Below are positions 47,301 through 60,772 of a DNA stretch of 64,000 nt, piece by piece. The notes under the pieces are model-generated. The model did no database searches and was not told the DNA's origin. It saw only the letters and a program-made list of their open reading frames with translations. The DNA is taken from the NCBI GenBank assembly GCA_030295235.1, contig AP026132.1, forward strand, positions 186,001 through 250,000. The letters run 5' to 3'. Both the position numbers and the translations under genes were made by a program. The stretch's first letter is position 1; every line of letters begins with the position of its first letter. The DNA comes from Fistulifera solaris. Lineage: Eukaryota.

Positions 47301-50300
47301 CATTCTCCATACTTCCCAGGAAGGTGAGGCGGTCAAGGACGTCCCTTCCATCAGATTCCACAGCCGTGTTCTTTAGCATTGCTTTCAGTCCATGTGTTAA
47401 ATTGCGCAACTTATCCCTAACTTGATCACGAACAGCATCCACAATGACCACAGTTTCTTCGATTGCTGCTACTTGCGGTACCTCCCTTGCCTTGTTATCT
47501 GTGTCTAGGGTAGCAAGTGATCCTGCGCTGACCACTCTTCGAACGCCGGGTGTACTAGGTTTTGGCTTGGTCTCCTTGTTACGCACACTGGGGTCTTTTC
47601 CTCTGGCAAGAGGTGTTCGCTTCTTCATACCTTTCTCGAGAATATTCACAAGCTCTACAAAGGGAGTAAAGACAATTTTGATCTTTTCAAGCTTCATGTT
47701 GGCGGTGATCTCCTCATTCTCTGTCCATTTGTTAACCATGGCTAGAATTGCCTGAACATCCTTCGCGTGCACAGGCCCCAAAATCTTAGCGAAAAGAAAA
47801 GAACCGAGTTCCCAAACTTCGGCGACTGCGGTCTGCATAGTCACATGTTCAGTTATTGGTTTGAAGAAAGATTCATCAGTGTAGGCCCCAGTTCTCGGAT
47901 TTGTGTATTCATCCGCCGGCCGTTGAAGCTCGGCCAGGACGTCGTCGATTGCACCTGCCGTCTGGAAAACAGGCAGATAGATTGCCTGGCTGAAACCGTC
48001 AAACTGACTAAATTTGAGGTTGTCGCTTTCAGTGTTAGAAATGATATCTTCTTCCCTAAAATGGTCTATAATCTCATTCCATGCAGCACTGAACATAACC
48101 CACTTTTGAATTCGAACATCGAGGAGACGATTGACATAGCTCTGCAGCTTGTGTGGATCACTACCGAGTAATGACGTTCCTTCTGAGATGTTATTCCCTG
48201 AACCAAGAAAACTGGCGGACGAGCCTCTACGACTTCCAGCATCCGAGGATAGCATCTTTTTACAAAAATGTTCCGGAGCACGGCCAAAGTTGTTTCGAAT
48301 ATCATCGATAGATCGGACGTCTCCCAAGTGATCGGAAAACCCGACAGAAGTACCTGCAAACGCCTGCCATGCAGCGTACCAGATGCTCATGTCGATCAGA
48401 TAAACAATGAACTGAGGCAGCCACCTCATACTCAGCAGCAGAAACATCTTTGCAAAGCTTTGGTCGGGATAATTGACATAGTCGTCTGCAGAAGTTGCAA
48501 CGATGGTAGCACCATCGAATTAACCTCGAAAACGTAGGAGAAAAACAATTTCCACGCCATGAGCGTGACCCAAAAGGTAACATAAACGATCGTGTGTCGA
48601 AAGGATTCGTGTACCTCCTTTCCGACATAAAGGCGGCTCAAAGGATACAGGATGTTGAGAAAAGATTGAACGTAGTCATTCTGGCTCGTGTAAATCCGTG
48701 TCGACAGTGATGGCACAATCTGAACAAACGTCTCCACAACGTATGGGATCATGACAATGAGCGAAAGCCAAATGTACTGCCACCACCAGAAAACGGGCTC
48801 TGCCTCTATTCCCAAGTATACACCTTTTTGCGGGGAAAACGCCCACATCAAGTAGAGAGTCTGGTAGACAAGAGTCAAAAAGCGGGCGACAAGTACAAAC
48901 ACCGAGCCGCATACAGCAGTTCCTGACAACTGAATACCCGGATATATTGCCCATACTTCCAGTAAAGCCCACGTGAGATGGAGAGCGTTGAACAGCCAAA
49001 AGACTCCGCTTGCAACCTGCAATGAGTATACCCAGCCCCAAACGAGTTCACGAGCAAATGCTGCTGCCGCGAGCAGGTAGAATGTTACAATGTGCCATTC
49101 CAAAATACGACTCAGCGCCATGATGCCGCGCAGCCACGATCGCTTCTCCAAAAATGTTTTCGGAGAAGCTGCCAGTCCTTCCGCAACCGGCAGGATGGTT
49201 TCTCCAGGAAGTGGGCCATAACTCGACCCAAATTCTTCCATATCATTCGGATCAGGTTTAAACGACGAGTAATGATATTGAAGACACTCTCTGGACCAAA
49301 AGAATTCGTTGAAATCATCATAGTTCTTTCTTTCGTCATGGTCTGCTTTCGATTTCATATTCTAATAAAGATCAAATAAAATGAGGCGACGTGCCTTGAA
49401 CTAGACGTCCACAACGCGCTAACGTACCTGTTCCACAACCTCGAATATCGGAGTGACCACATAATCCAGAAAGTGGCCCGCATAAAGACTCCGCGTCTGC
49501 GTATAACCTTCACTCTGAATATGTTCTTCCATCATTTTGTGGTAAAGAAACCACACACACTCCGACATGTGACGCAAATTGGCGCCTTCGCCCCAGATGC
49601 AAAAGAAGAGGACGAGATCCACGACCCGGCTCGCCACCGCCGGCGGTGCATTCATTGACGTGTTCAATTTCGAAAAATGCGGCGCCACTCCCATGGCACG
49701 GCACCACTTGACGTAATTCGAAAAAACTTTGGCGTGCAACGCATGAATGGGACTCGGTGGTTGTACGGACGGGGGCAAAATATGACTGCTCATGTAGCGG
49801 CGGTTGTTGCTGAGAAGAATCAATAGATGCTCGGCTTGGTTCCGGACCGAACTATCCTGAAATCCAAAAAAGTTCCCCAAATCTTCGCAAGCCGAGTAGA
49901 CCATGTTCGCATATTCCGCTAAACGAGGAGGCAGATCCGCTGGATTGAACATATTGAAAACGTCCAACGATTCCGGTGGTGGATTGGGCGTAAACGACGG
50001 TTTGGTCGAAGAACCATTCTGATCGTCTTTGCTGGGAATGGGCGTATAACCGGTGCGGAAGGCCGCCCATAAATTCAACGACTCGTAATGTCCGTCCCGA
50101 TACGCGGCGGACGCTGCCACCAACAACGCTGCGGCAATCCACAGGCAGCCCAAAAAAATCCGTTTCTCAGGAGTGAGCTGTGCCAAATAAATGGAATCTG
50201 TTTCACTAGGATTGTAAGGATGCCCTTTGGCCACGTCTTTGAGAAAGGGAAACATCGGTTTAACTACTAAAGCCGCCGCGAAAGCACCTCCTTCCAAGCA

Positions 50301-50919
50301 AGTTGCCATGGTGGCAAATACTTTGGTACGGCTACTACAAAGAATGTGTGAGAGTCACGTGCAATATATGTGCACACACACGAAATCAACTTACTGCGCC
50401 GCCAGAAACGAGAATGCGAGTGCCAAAGCACCCCCAAGAAAGGAAACAGCAGGGCCTGCGGAAGATTGAGAAAGGAAGCCACCAACAGAGCGACACTGGT
50501 CCCAAAACAAATTCCGGAAAAGAAGGATGGTAATAAGACGCCGAGTGACATGCCGACGCATCCTCCCATCAGAGTTAAAATGTTCAAGAAAGCCATGGAA
50601 GTATCGTTCGGAAGGAACAGCGGCTCCAGGAATGTGTAAACCAAGAATGCCGAAACCAGTGCGGACAGAATTCCGGAAAATAATCTCGGTTTACTGAGGT
50701 TGAACGATGAGAAAATAATGAGGAAAAAAAAGACAATTCAACAACAATACACACACATATTCTCTCTACTTACGAAGGGGCATTGGAACTGAACCACACG
50801 ACCGCGAAAGCACCCGCCAGTCTTATGGCTGGATAACCATACACTGCCGCTTCTTCGGTCCATCGATGATGGTGCTTCGATAAAACCGCCGTGTCGGTGT
50901 CGAGTTCTACCGCCGACAT
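44328..50919 (-). CDS. 1,3-beta-glucan synthase (GT48, callose synthase/FKS family), multi-exon with frameshifts
   Basis: Motifs FGFQDSSVRNQAEH, WGEGANLRHM, NYDDFNEFFW, EARRRLTFFVNSL, GEGKPENQNHA, REHIFTG, HYGHPD, INLSEDIFAG and QVGKGRDVG. Confidence 0.95.
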
Positions 50920-51527
50920 GACGAGAATGGTTCTTAAAAAAACGAAGCTGCTCTCTTCCCCAGACTTTGTTTGAATGAATCAGTCACTGTGTTGTGAACG
51001 CGCTGGATAATTCAAATCGTTTAATTTATTCTTATCGAATGGGCAACGTTCAATATTGTATGAATTACAACTTCTTCCCTTTGTTTGGATCCTTCGGATA
51101 TCTTTATTCGAAAGCGTCTTTCCGTTTGGAAAAGTCAACAACGACACGCATGCACTTGGTGTCGAACACTTGCGTCACGTTTTGTTGCGACACAAACAGC
51201 TGACTTTTTTTGTCACACAGTCCGTTCTGCGGATATTCGGGTCTGAAATCAGTCTTGAGGAAGTTGAAGGTCGCAGTCCCCAGGAGACCCGGATTTAGAC
51301 TATAGTTTCGTTTAAAGTGATCTGACTGAAATCAGTCCCAGATGGGGATGACGTCATCAACAGGACGAACGTTCTTTCGCAGCCGAAAATCATGATCGTC
51401 ACCTCACATTTTAATATTCGTATAGCAAATCCGCTCATTCATCATCCTTATCCACATTATAACATTTCTGATAGAGAGGAGGAGAAGTTCTTCTGAAAGG
51501 GTCACAACACAAAAAACCAACCTGGTC

Positions 51528-52326
51528 ATGATTCTGCGACGACTGGGAACGGTCTTCCCGTCACTATTGTTACTACTATTCATCTTGTTTCGCTTCGTTC
51601 CTTTGCATGCGTTTTCGGCAAAGATGCACAAAGGAATCATTTTTGATGTGGATGGAACATTGGCCGACTCGTGGAAGTTGGGGTTCGATGCCACGCAACT
51701 TATACTAAAAAGACACGACATTCCCTTGATAACACCCGAAATCTATCACGAATGCACTCGCTACGCGACACCCGATCGCCTCGCACGGCATGCCGGATTG
51801 CAACCGGGAGATGACGAATATCTTAAGGTGGGAAAACAATTGGCGCAAGAATTTGATGCATTGTACATTGGTCTCGTTTCCAAAGACACCGCGGCCTTTT
51901 TTCCCGGCATCGAACAGCTCCTCCATTCCATCCCCGAGACAATAGCGGTGGGTGCCTTGACAAATGCGGCAGAACAATACGCACATGCTGTTTTGCGGAC
52001 CAATTGTCCCGTGACGAGTCGATTATCGACATCACCTTCCATTTATTCTCGTTTTCAATCCATCCGCGGCGCGGATACGGTACCAACCCAAACCAGCACC
52101 CGATGGATTGCTACTGGTATGTCGAGAGCTGAATGTGCCGGCCCATCAGTGTGTCTATGTGGGTGACAGCCCCAGCGATGGTGTCAGCGCTCACGCGGCC
52201 GGAATGAAAGCGATTGGCGTCCTTTGGGGTAGTCACACGGCAGAGAGTTTACGACAAGCTCCTTTTGATCATTTGTGTTCGTCCGTGGAAGATCTACACG
52301 CCATCCTTGTTGAACACTGCAAGTAG
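51528..52326 (+). CDS. HAD-superfamily hydrolase (phosphoglycolate phosphatase-like), N-terminal targeting peptide; frameshift near 52085
   Basis: Motifs IFDVDGTLADS, LTN, KPAPDGL and YVGDSPSDGVSAHAAGM. Confidence 0.85.
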
Positions 52327-52622
52327 AGTCCGACTATTGCGTCTATCAAACTACACAGTACTCATAATGATAACTTTGAATAAAGTTACTGTATAAAACG
52401 CCAATCAACGATTGTGGAACGATCTATATAATGTTAATTTTCGTTTTCTGAAACGAAATCTAGATGTGATCTTCATAGCATCGTTAAAAAGACTTGAATT
52501 TAAAACAACAAATACTATTAATAGTCGGCCCCCTTTCGAAACAATGGCTGAATGATGAAAACAGTAAGTAAACAATGAGTTGTCTCTCACCTGTTTTTGT
52601 TTGTTATGATAGGACCCGTCGC

Positions 52623-53114
52623 TTATTTGATTTTCTTTCCAGCCGTGAGACCCGCGTCCAGTAGTGAATCTAAATCCGCATTCTTTTTTACGACTTTTTT
52701 GGGTTTCACCGGGGCACCGCTGGCCGCCGAGGGAGGAGCCTTGTCACCATTCGGGTCATTGGGATCAAAATCTTTCATTTGAACGGGAAAGCAAACCTTC
52801 GGATCCGTACCGGCGGGGTGCTTCGCTATAACGTGTTGATACAACAAAGGAGGTCGGGCATTCACCATGAAAGTCTGGCGACACAGCTCGCACATGAAGG
52901 CAGCTGCGTCTTTTCTGTCGAAAAAATGGCGGGACATGTGAGAAATGTTCTTTGACATGATTAAAATAGGATATTCCCCCTACAAATGGCTTGTATTCCG
53001 ACTCACTTGGCCTTTTCGGCGGCAGCCTTTCGCTCTTCTTCTGTCTTGCCTTTATCCTTAGCATTTCGGAGCTGCGCCTGTTGCTTTTTTTTGCACGTTC
53101 GATCCCTTGCCCAT
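52623..53114 (-). CDS. Small C2H2 zinc-finger protein (At2g23090/ZNF706-like); intron 52915-53006
   Basis: Spliced product MGKGSNVQKKQQAQLRNAKDKGK...KKDAAAFMCELCRQTFMV...LYQHVIAKHP...CFP. Confidence 0.75.
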
Positions 53115-53537
53115 TCTATTTTTAAATAAAAATACAATCCTTATCCGTGAAGTGTGTCGATAATAGTTTGAATTCAATAATGATATAATGATGGGAGCAG
53201 AAAAATTCCCGATGTCGTCATCCGTCGTCGTCGGTCATGTGTCATGTGGACGATGCGGCGCTTTTTTGTTGGAGACAAAGTAAACGGGGTCCGTCCGTCG
53301 ACATCATTCCCGGAACAATTGCCGCCTACTGTTGAATCTATAATAAATAACGACATGCTTTCATTCACAGAATAACGGCAACGTTAACATAGTTACACGT
53401 CTACGAAAAGGTCTCCTAAACAATTCAAACAGAAAGTTGCCGCAAACATGTGGGATAAACAGCTTCTAAGAAGTGAATAACGTCGACTATCGTTTATTGA
53501 GAACTCATTTCGTGAAGCCTTCATTCGACATGCGATG

Positions 53538-53558
53538 CGATCGATCGATCGATCGATC
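53538..53558. repeat. (GATC)n microsatellite just upstream of the MAP65 start
   Basis: cgatcgatcgatcgatcgatc read directly. Confidence 0.8.
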
Positions 53559-53606
53559 ACACAAATTGAGGAACAATAAAATGCATTGTTGCCTTCAAAT
53601 TCAACC

Positions 53607-55373
53607 ATGACTTCGATAGGAAAACGTCTAAATTCACCTACGGTAAAGTTTGACGAGTCGTCTTTTATCGCATCGGATAGTATGCTGGCGAGCCCGCTCA
53701 GTATGCCACGAAACAATCACAATGGAGATCACGGCAAACGAAACACGGCAGCGTTTACACCCATTTTGACTCCCAAGGGTGACCGCAGTGGTAGCATCGT
53801 TCCCACACTGCTGTCACCTTCGCGTACAATTACGGAAACGTTAGCGACTTTAGCGGCGTCAACGGGAAATCAGCTGGAAGAGATTTGGGATGAAGTCGGA
53901 TACAGTCCCGAGGATCGAGCCGCACAACTTTCTGACCTTCTGGTCAAATTTCAAGATATATGCGCAGAAAAGATTGCGGAAGAACGGAACGTTGCAGAAA
54001 CATTTCGTCAGACAATTGTGCAAGCGAAAGACGAAATCAAGAAGACGGCTTCGGCATTAAAGGTGGCTGTTGATCCCAAACTTCTTCGGGAGAGTTCCGA
54101 GCACACTCTTTCTGATGAACTTGCGATGCTCGAAACAACTCTGGAAGGTCTTCGAGAAGCAGCAGATACAGCAAAAGAGGATTTGAAAGAATGTCTGGAA
54201 TATCTTATTGAGTCACACGCCGCCTTAGGCCTTGAATTGGACCCATCATGGCGGGACATCGAGTCAGATTTGACCGCCCGTCGCAGGGAAGAATTTCACA
54301 GAAAAAAGACGGAAATGAAGGAGGAAATTAGTTCACGTTGTTCGGCTGTTATTCAATTAGTCCGAGACTGTCAGCATCTCATGGCTGATTTGAAGATCGA
54401 AGCGGAACGAGACGGTACGGCCTTTGATCGACGAGTCGCGGGTTCTCTAGTACGATCAAAAGAGGGCAGCTTTATCATGTCTTCAAAATTTGCGTCGGAT
54501 TCTTGTGTCGGAATCAGTGCGTCTGCCATAGAAGATTTAACAAACCGTGTTGCAGAACTTCACAAGGAGAAGCGAGCAAGAAAAGTACAATTGGAAGAAA
54601 TGGGCGGGGCGATTGCTATGCTCTGGGAAAAATTGCACATACCGGAGGAGGATCAGATTGCGTTTACAGAAAGTGTTCAAGGTTTAGGACTAGACACAAT
54701 CGAGAAAGGCAAGCGAGAACTTGAGCGACTACAAGCTCTCAAGTCACAAATGCTTGGAAAGTTGATCCAAGAGGCCAGAGACAGGATTGTAGAGCTATGG
54801 GAACAAATCGACGCTCCCCGCGAATACCGTGAACAATTCACTCCGTTTAAGATCCAGCTAGAGGACTGTTTTGACGATAAGCTGCTGGAGCAACACGAAG
54901 AGTATGCCTACAATCTTTATTCAAGGCTGGAACAGATGAAACCCATTCTTCGGATAATCGAGCGCCGCGAAGCTATTGTCCGTGAAAGATTTGAATACGA
55001 AGAACTCCAGAAAGATCCCGACCGTCTGCAACAACGCGGTGCAGCCATGACACGGCAGCTGATGGAGGAAGAGAAAATGGCCAGACGAATTAAACGGGAG
55101 CTGCCTCGCTTGACAGAGGTCCTCATCGAGAAGCTGATCGAATGGAAGGATTTGAACGGCGAAGACTTTCAATACAGAGGAGAGAAGTACTTAGATTTAA
55201 TGGAAAGACAGGAGGAAGAGTGGAATCAATATAAGGCCGAGGAGCTGCAACGGAAGCTGAAGAAGAAGCAAGAAGAGAAATGCATGAAAGAAAATAAGTT
55301 TAGCTCAGCGCCCCTGTTTGCCCGCCATGCGGCCGGGAAGAAAAAAGAGAGGTCCACTGGGGGACGTACCTAG
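53607..55373 (+). CDS. MAP65/Ase1/PRC1 microtubule-bundling protein (C-terminus may extend by a frameshift)
   Basis: Motifs QLEEIWDEVGYS, LWEKLHI, ELERLQALK, ARDRIVELWE and LQKDPDRLQQRG...LMEEEKMARRIKRELP. Confidence 0.88.
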   Translation: MTSIGKRLNSPTVKFDESSFIASDSMLASPLSMPRNNHNGDHGKRNTAAFTPILTPKGDRSGSIVPTLLSPSRTITETLATLAASTGNQLEEIWDEVGYSPEDRAAQLSDLLVKFQDICAEKIAEERNVAETFRQTIVQAKDEIKKTASALKVAVDPKLLRESSEHTLSDELAMLETTLEGLREAADTAKEDLKECLEYLIESHAALGLELDPSWRDIESDLTARRREEFHRKKTEMKEEISSRCSAVIQLVRDCQHLMADLKIEAERDGTAFDRRVAGSLVRSKEGSFIMSSKFASDSCVGISASAIEDLTNRVAELHKEKRARKVQLEEMGGAIAMLWEKLHIPEEDQIAFTESVQGLGLDTIEKGKRELERLQALKSQMLGKLIQEARDRIVELWEQIDAPREYREQFTPFKIQLEDCFDDKLLEQHEEYAYNLYSRLEQMKPILRIIERREAIVRERFEYEELQKDPDRLQQRGAAMTRQLMEEEKMARRIKRELPRLTEVLIEKLIEWKDLNGEDFQYRGEKYLDLMERQEEEWNQYKAEELQRKLKKKQEEKCMKENKFSSAPLFARHAAGKKKERSTGGRT

Positions 55374-56030
55374 CACTTCAAACGCAGAGCGACCAGTGGG
55401 AAAAGGCTACGATTTGAAGAAAGCGACAAGCATTCGCTACAATCGTCAAGCTGGAGATGAAGTAGGCCTTTGAAACCACAACTGTAGATCATTTCATAGT
55501 AACGAGTAACGTCTTCGTTCTTATGATTTTTCATGTGTCGTTTACTACGACTTAAAATTCCTTGAGCGTTGACTCTCAGACTAGTAGCAAGTTTCCGAAC
55601 ATGGATGCAACATCGGAATCATCCATGACTAGCTAGCAACTTGTTTCGGAAGATCCAAAAATAGGACCACCGCTCTCGAAGAAAAGCGCTTAACAGTGTT
55701 TAACTGGGTAGAGATCCCGCTTTGGTAGCTCCTCCTGGAAGACACGCCAAACGAATGTGAGCGAGGCTACTCAGCTCAATAATCCAGTCACAACGCAAGC
55801 CTACTAAAAAAAACTCTCTGGAGTAAGGGAATAGACACGTTTATGACAAGCGCTAGTTCTTTCCTTTTCAAGAGAAACAGCCCAGCAACAAGAAGCCCAA
55901 ACAGCCATAACATGCGATGAACGACACTTTAGTATAACAACGATTTCTCAGTTGTTGTTACATCCACACGAGAACAAGGTTTATTGCGAGTGTGGAGTGG
56001 TTCCAGGGGAGATACAAGTGTTTTCTATGC

Positions 56031-56648
56031 TTAGAATCGTAGTTTCTGGAAGAAGTAAGTGCTTCCTTGTGCCTTCTTTTCGCTGGTAACTTCCTTTTGA
56101 TTCATGTATCGCTCATAGAAGACCTTCTTGAGGTTCTTCTTGACCTCAACTTTTCGTTCCACGTCGACCAAATCCGCTTCATCGACCGTCGTCTTCAAAT
56201 CAATGTCCACCACATAACGAGTCGGGAATACATGACGCACGTTCATGTACTTGACAAACGGCTTCATTGTTTTGGATCGTTTTTCCACCTTCTTCTTGGA
56301 CATGGCCTTTGTGACTTTACGGGGGTTTCGTGCCAATCCGGCTACCAGGCAGTGCGAGAAGCGGCGATCGCTGTTGCCATCATCAAAGGTCTTGACAACA
56401 ACGGCCTTTTTTGCCGGCGTGTCGTCCCGCCAAAAGAATGACAACTTTTCCTGTTTCTGTAATTATTAAAGGAAAAGAGAGGGCATTAGAATGTAGTTAT
56501 TCGATGACAATGTGTTGTGCAACAGCAACAATAAAACATCCAATCGATCAATTTGACTCCGGAAAATTGATAAAAACATCCCCACGATGTCCTCAAATTG
56601 CATCAATGAAGACACTAACGATTAATAAAACTCACTAATGATAGCCAT
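56031..56648 (-). CDS. RPL27: 60S ribosomal protein eL27; intron 56457-56635; one apparent extra base near 56410
   Basis: MAII|KTGKVVILLAGRHAGKK-AVVVK..HCLVAGLARNPRKVTKAMSKKKV..FFQKLRF. Confidence 0.93.
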
Positions 56649-57063
56649 GGTTGTCAAATATTATTATTCGTTGTAGCAACACGATGCTTCGAAATCCCCA
56701 GCGGCTGCTCGCGTTGATTTCGTTATTGCTTTGGTTCTTCGTTGGCCGACGCCGCAACGAAAAAGTAAAGAGAAAAGAGGTAAACAGAATCCGAAATCGC
56801 TAACCTTAATGTAGCAATACCCGTACCAGGGTAAAGCGCAACCAAAACCGGTGTGATAGTGTTACGTACAAGCGGACAACTGACGTACGCCTCTCATCGT
56901 TTGCCACCATTTTCAACGGCTCCGCCTCCCACATGGCGACGAGAAAAGCGACAGGAACAATAATAAGTTGTGACGAGAGATAAATAGAAAGCAATCATCT
57001 CTACCCAATTCATCCACGCTGCAGTATAGTTATCTTTGAAGCTGTCTTTCCATCTTATCAAAA

Positions 57064-57322
57064 ATGGCAGAGGAAATTGTAGCGACGAGTCCACTCGAAT
57101 ATGTGATCAACGGAGCCAAGGTAGGCGATCAACAGGTTCTGCTCGTTGTGCATGGAGTCGATAGACTCATCATTCGACCTTTTTGTGAAACAGATACTCT
57201 TTGCTTTATCACCTCTTATCGCTCTCGCGTACATTCTCTTTTCGGCATTCGAATCCCCCGAAGCAGAAGCCCTAAAACGACGAAAGAAGGGTGATTTTGA
57301 GTTGGAAGGACACGGAGAATAA
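57064..57322 (+). CDS. Predicted 61-aa single-TM microprotein; intron 57121-57193
   Basis: AAG|GTAGGC..AAACAG splice gives MAEEIVATSPLEYVINGAKILFALSPLIALAYILFSAFESPEAEALKRRKKGDFELEGHGE*. Confidence 0.6.
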
Positions 57323-57599
57323 AGAATCGAACAAGAGTTCTGTTCTTCGGTATGCAACGATCTATTCGCACTCGTTTGGGCGCTTGACAATTTGGTATAA
57401 ATGAAAAAATAATAAAATCAAACAAAATTTATTGTACACTGTCAATCAAAGACAGGTCGATCGTCGTACACATGCTTCATTGCTTCTTCTTTTCAAATGA
57501 CAAACTGCCGCTTTGTCCCTTAGATGCAGTTGCCGACCTGCAACCTCAAGCAAGAAATGATTTTGCTCCAAAATTATGTTATGTTCTTTCGATACCACT

Positions 57600-58157
57600 T
57601 CATGGCGATTCTTGTTTCAGGAAGGGTGCTTGATTGTTATCAAAATCTGGATCGCAGTGACACGGATGGATCCGTTGTCCCGAAAAGGCACATACGTACA
57701 TGCGCTCATCTTCTACGACGGTTCTCCAATTCCACCTGCCCAACGGTGTGAGGACGATACGATACTCTGTACACCTGGATTTTACAAAAAGAACGTACCC
57801 TTCAGCAGCAAATTCTACGACATTCCGTGCGGCATTCTGCTGCAATTCCAGTCGATTCGACCACAATTTGGACCGGACCTGACGACTATATTCGTTCCGC
57901 ATCGGAATGGCCATCACTGTCACGGATTCATTGAATTGCAGAGAATGACGTTTTCGTCGTTTGGGTGAATGTCGCGTTTCGTCCGAACAGGTTGGCTCGT
58001 TGTTGTTCTCCATCGACGACTCATCGACGGTTCTCGCGACGTCGACTGCCAGGAGCTCATTCTGAGATCGCGTCGCGTTGGGAAACTTGTTCGAGGTGGA
58101 CTGGAACAAAGTGTTGCGAGCCTCCATCGGAGCTCGCAACGTGGCTGTTGATATCAT
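57600..58157 (-). CDS. Hypothetical protein; probable in-frame intron 57736-57798
   Basis: Protein-like ORF (SLQFNESVTVMAIP..EFAAEG|WNWRTVVED). GTACGT..GCAG 63-nt segment. Confidence 0.55.
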   Translation of the reverse strand: MISTATLRAPMEARNTLFQSTSNKFPNATRSQNELLAVDVARTVDESSMENNNEPTCSDETRHSPKRRKRHSLQFNESVTVMAIPMRNEYSRQVRSKLWSNRLELQQNAARNVVEFAAEGYVLFVKSRCTEYRIVLTPLGRWNWRTVVEDERMYVCAFSGQRIHPCHCDPDFDNNQAPFLKQESP

Positions 58158-58769
58158 AATGTTGAGTATTCTTTTGACGACTCTTCTGTAGTCTTATGCG
58201 ACGCTTGCTAACGCGGACCGAATGAATGAAGAGAAGATCCATTTCGGTGACACGACGAAAAAGAGCATCACGTCATTCAAAACAACGAGATCATCGACAC
58301 TCTTTTCCGAAAAGTGAAGTCGAGGAAGCAAAAAATCATCCCAAGGGGCACACGTCATTCTCATCCGTTGCATGTCACTCTCAACGGACAGTATCTTTTG
58401 ATAGTATCGTACCGGTTCTCTATTCCACGAAAACAATGAGCTAAATGAACGAGTAACGCATTCTGAGAACTGTTTTCCTGCAATGCTGACCGATCGGAGT
58501 GCACTAAGGGAATCAATATATAAGTTCATCACTGGTACTCCAATACTGTCTACAAAGTAGACGAACGAAAACAACTTTAGTTTACTTAGGCGCAGTATCG
58601 AGTCCCACTATCCGTTGCAAAATTGAGGTGCAACACGCGAAAGCGGATGCGTTTGTTACGGAGTATGTTGTGACCGATGAAAGAACCTTTACGATTGAAG
58701 AGATAAATAACAAGGTCTTGTTCATTAAATCTAGCGTCTGCAGTCTCTCCTTTCTTTAAACAACAAACC

Positions 58770-59890
58770 ATGGATCCCAACATTAACCCTGAAACTGGCG
58801 AAACAGTGGCGTCCGGACGATCCCCACGGTTCAGCATGTGGGTCGCCCTGACGGTGTTTAGTGTGATTGTTTTGGGAGCTTCCGTTGAAGTGGTACGTAA
58901 GATTCATGCAAAATTTGTTGCGGTTTGTGTTTCTCGCCTTTTCTGTATAAGTAGCGGTTCGTACTCTAGCCGTTCTTCCCAAAAATCATCTCACTCCTTT
59001 AGCTTTTTATAATAGAAAAACGATCAATTCTGGCCCGACTCCGAAGTCAAATGGGCCGTCGCGTGTTCCTCTCTGACGGCCGTCGTCGGCGCTGTCATCT
59101 CGGCGGTGCACATGTCCCCGGTCGCTTCTTCCATCATAATTGGCACGCCCATCGAAGGTGTCTTGGCGTTGTTGTTAGATATTTTCTGGGGATGCACCGT
59201 CGGAGTTGTCAACAAATCCGATGACGATCAAATGTTCGCCAACGCCGCTTCGGTGCGCAATGCCAATCTCTATTACTTTTCCTGGGCCTGCTTTGTGACG
59301 GCCACCGTGTTGGTCGTCAATTACGCCCGCCATGCGTACGGACTTGATATGGTGGCCGAAGTCCGCAACCGTGGTGCGCGTCTTAGTGCTTGGGCGGCCC
59401 TGGTTGCCACCAGTTTGATTGTGATGGGTTCCAGTGCGCGTATTTTGAATTCCAACTGTCCCATGGCGTCGGATCCTTCGCAGTCGGTTGGCACTGAATC
59501 GAAAGAAGCTTACTTTGTTTCGGAAAGTTACTGTCCTCGCACCAAATTTGGTGTGGCGGTCGGATGTTTGGGAGTGTTCACGGCGTGTACGATTGTGGCG
59601 TGCAAACTGATGCTGTCCGTGGTCCCCTTTTCGTTGGAATTTCGCGTCTCCTTGGTGACTTGCTTGGTGAACGCGTTTGGGGTCGCGTACATTACGTCAA
59701 ACTCGGGACCGGGCTCGTACATTGGCAATTTATATTATTTCACTTGGATGTCCTTTTTGTTGTCCGTATACCTTCTCATTGAATGCTTTCATGAAATGCG
59801 TACCGCCCCGCCGATCAGACGGGCGAGAATGGTACTGATACACAAAAGGACGGAGGCGAATTACCGGTAGAGCCCTTGGATGACGTCTAA
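58770..59890 (+). CDS. Multi-pass membrane protein of unknown function; intron near 58893-59015; end approximate
   Basis: Two similar halves ending in NANLYYFSWACF and IGNLYYFTWMSF, with several hydrophobic helices. Confidence 0.65.
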
Positions 59891-59988
59891 ACGACAAAGT
59901 TGATTGTTGCACAATGTCGTTTCTAATAGTATTATAAATTTATTCATTCAAGCATTAGTACAACGTTAGTATAGCTAGCCGTCACCTT

Positions 59989-60772
59989 TTACAATTGCTT
60001 CTTATCGGACACGGTCGCAGGACTGTTGATGCACACGGACAAGACGTACGTCCAGAGACTGGTGACGGCCAAGACCACCAAGGATGAATAGAATTCGGAT
60101 TTTTCCGACGGCGTCCGGGGTGGCATCCTGCTGAAGGTAAAATTGTTGCGAATCCAATCTTCGATTTGTTCATTGAATTGATATTGATCCAAGGCAGCCG
60201 TCAAGGCACTCCCCAAGGCAATCGCCGTCAAGCCAATGGGAACATTCGCCATCAACGACTGCAGGTAACGATCGGGCCATCCAAAGACGAGGAGACACGT
60301 CATGACGTGTTGCAACGGAATAAAAAAGAAGATAGAGGCACGAATACAGTGTGGGAGCGGGTATTTTTTGAAAAGAATGAACGGCTGCATTGTACGCAAT
60401 CATGAACCATATACTGGAACATAAACCATTGAAACCGAACCGTACGTGCAAGGGGATTTTGTTTAAAAGAGGATGCAGTAGCCGGGGTTCGTGTTGTTGG
60501 AGTAGTAAAGGAGTGAGACTTCCTCGACTTTTCGGGGCTTCTTCGACACTGATTCGGCGATGCGTGGGTGATATCGCTGTTGTTGTTGAAGCAATTTCGT
60601 CAAGTGTCGCATTGGAGTGATAACGTGGATTGTCGGAAAGCCGCCGTCGTGAAGTATCCGACGCATGAAGGTGCGCCTCGACATCATCGTGATAGGGCAA
60701 GGGACTTTCTCGAGCCTCTTTGGTGCGACGAGGAGAGATTGCCTCAATGACCGACGTTATTCTTCGTAGCAT
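59989..60772 (-). CDS. Hypothetical membrane protein (frameshift near 60325)
   Basis: ORFs 60170-60772 and 59989-60399 join to give a disordered N-terminus plus about 4 hydrophobic helices. Confidence 0.55.

Noticed and set aside
56457..56635. Longer RPL27 intron as a snoRNA host
   Set aside because: No convincing C/D or H/ACA box pair was seen by eye; an Infernal/Rfam scan would be needed.
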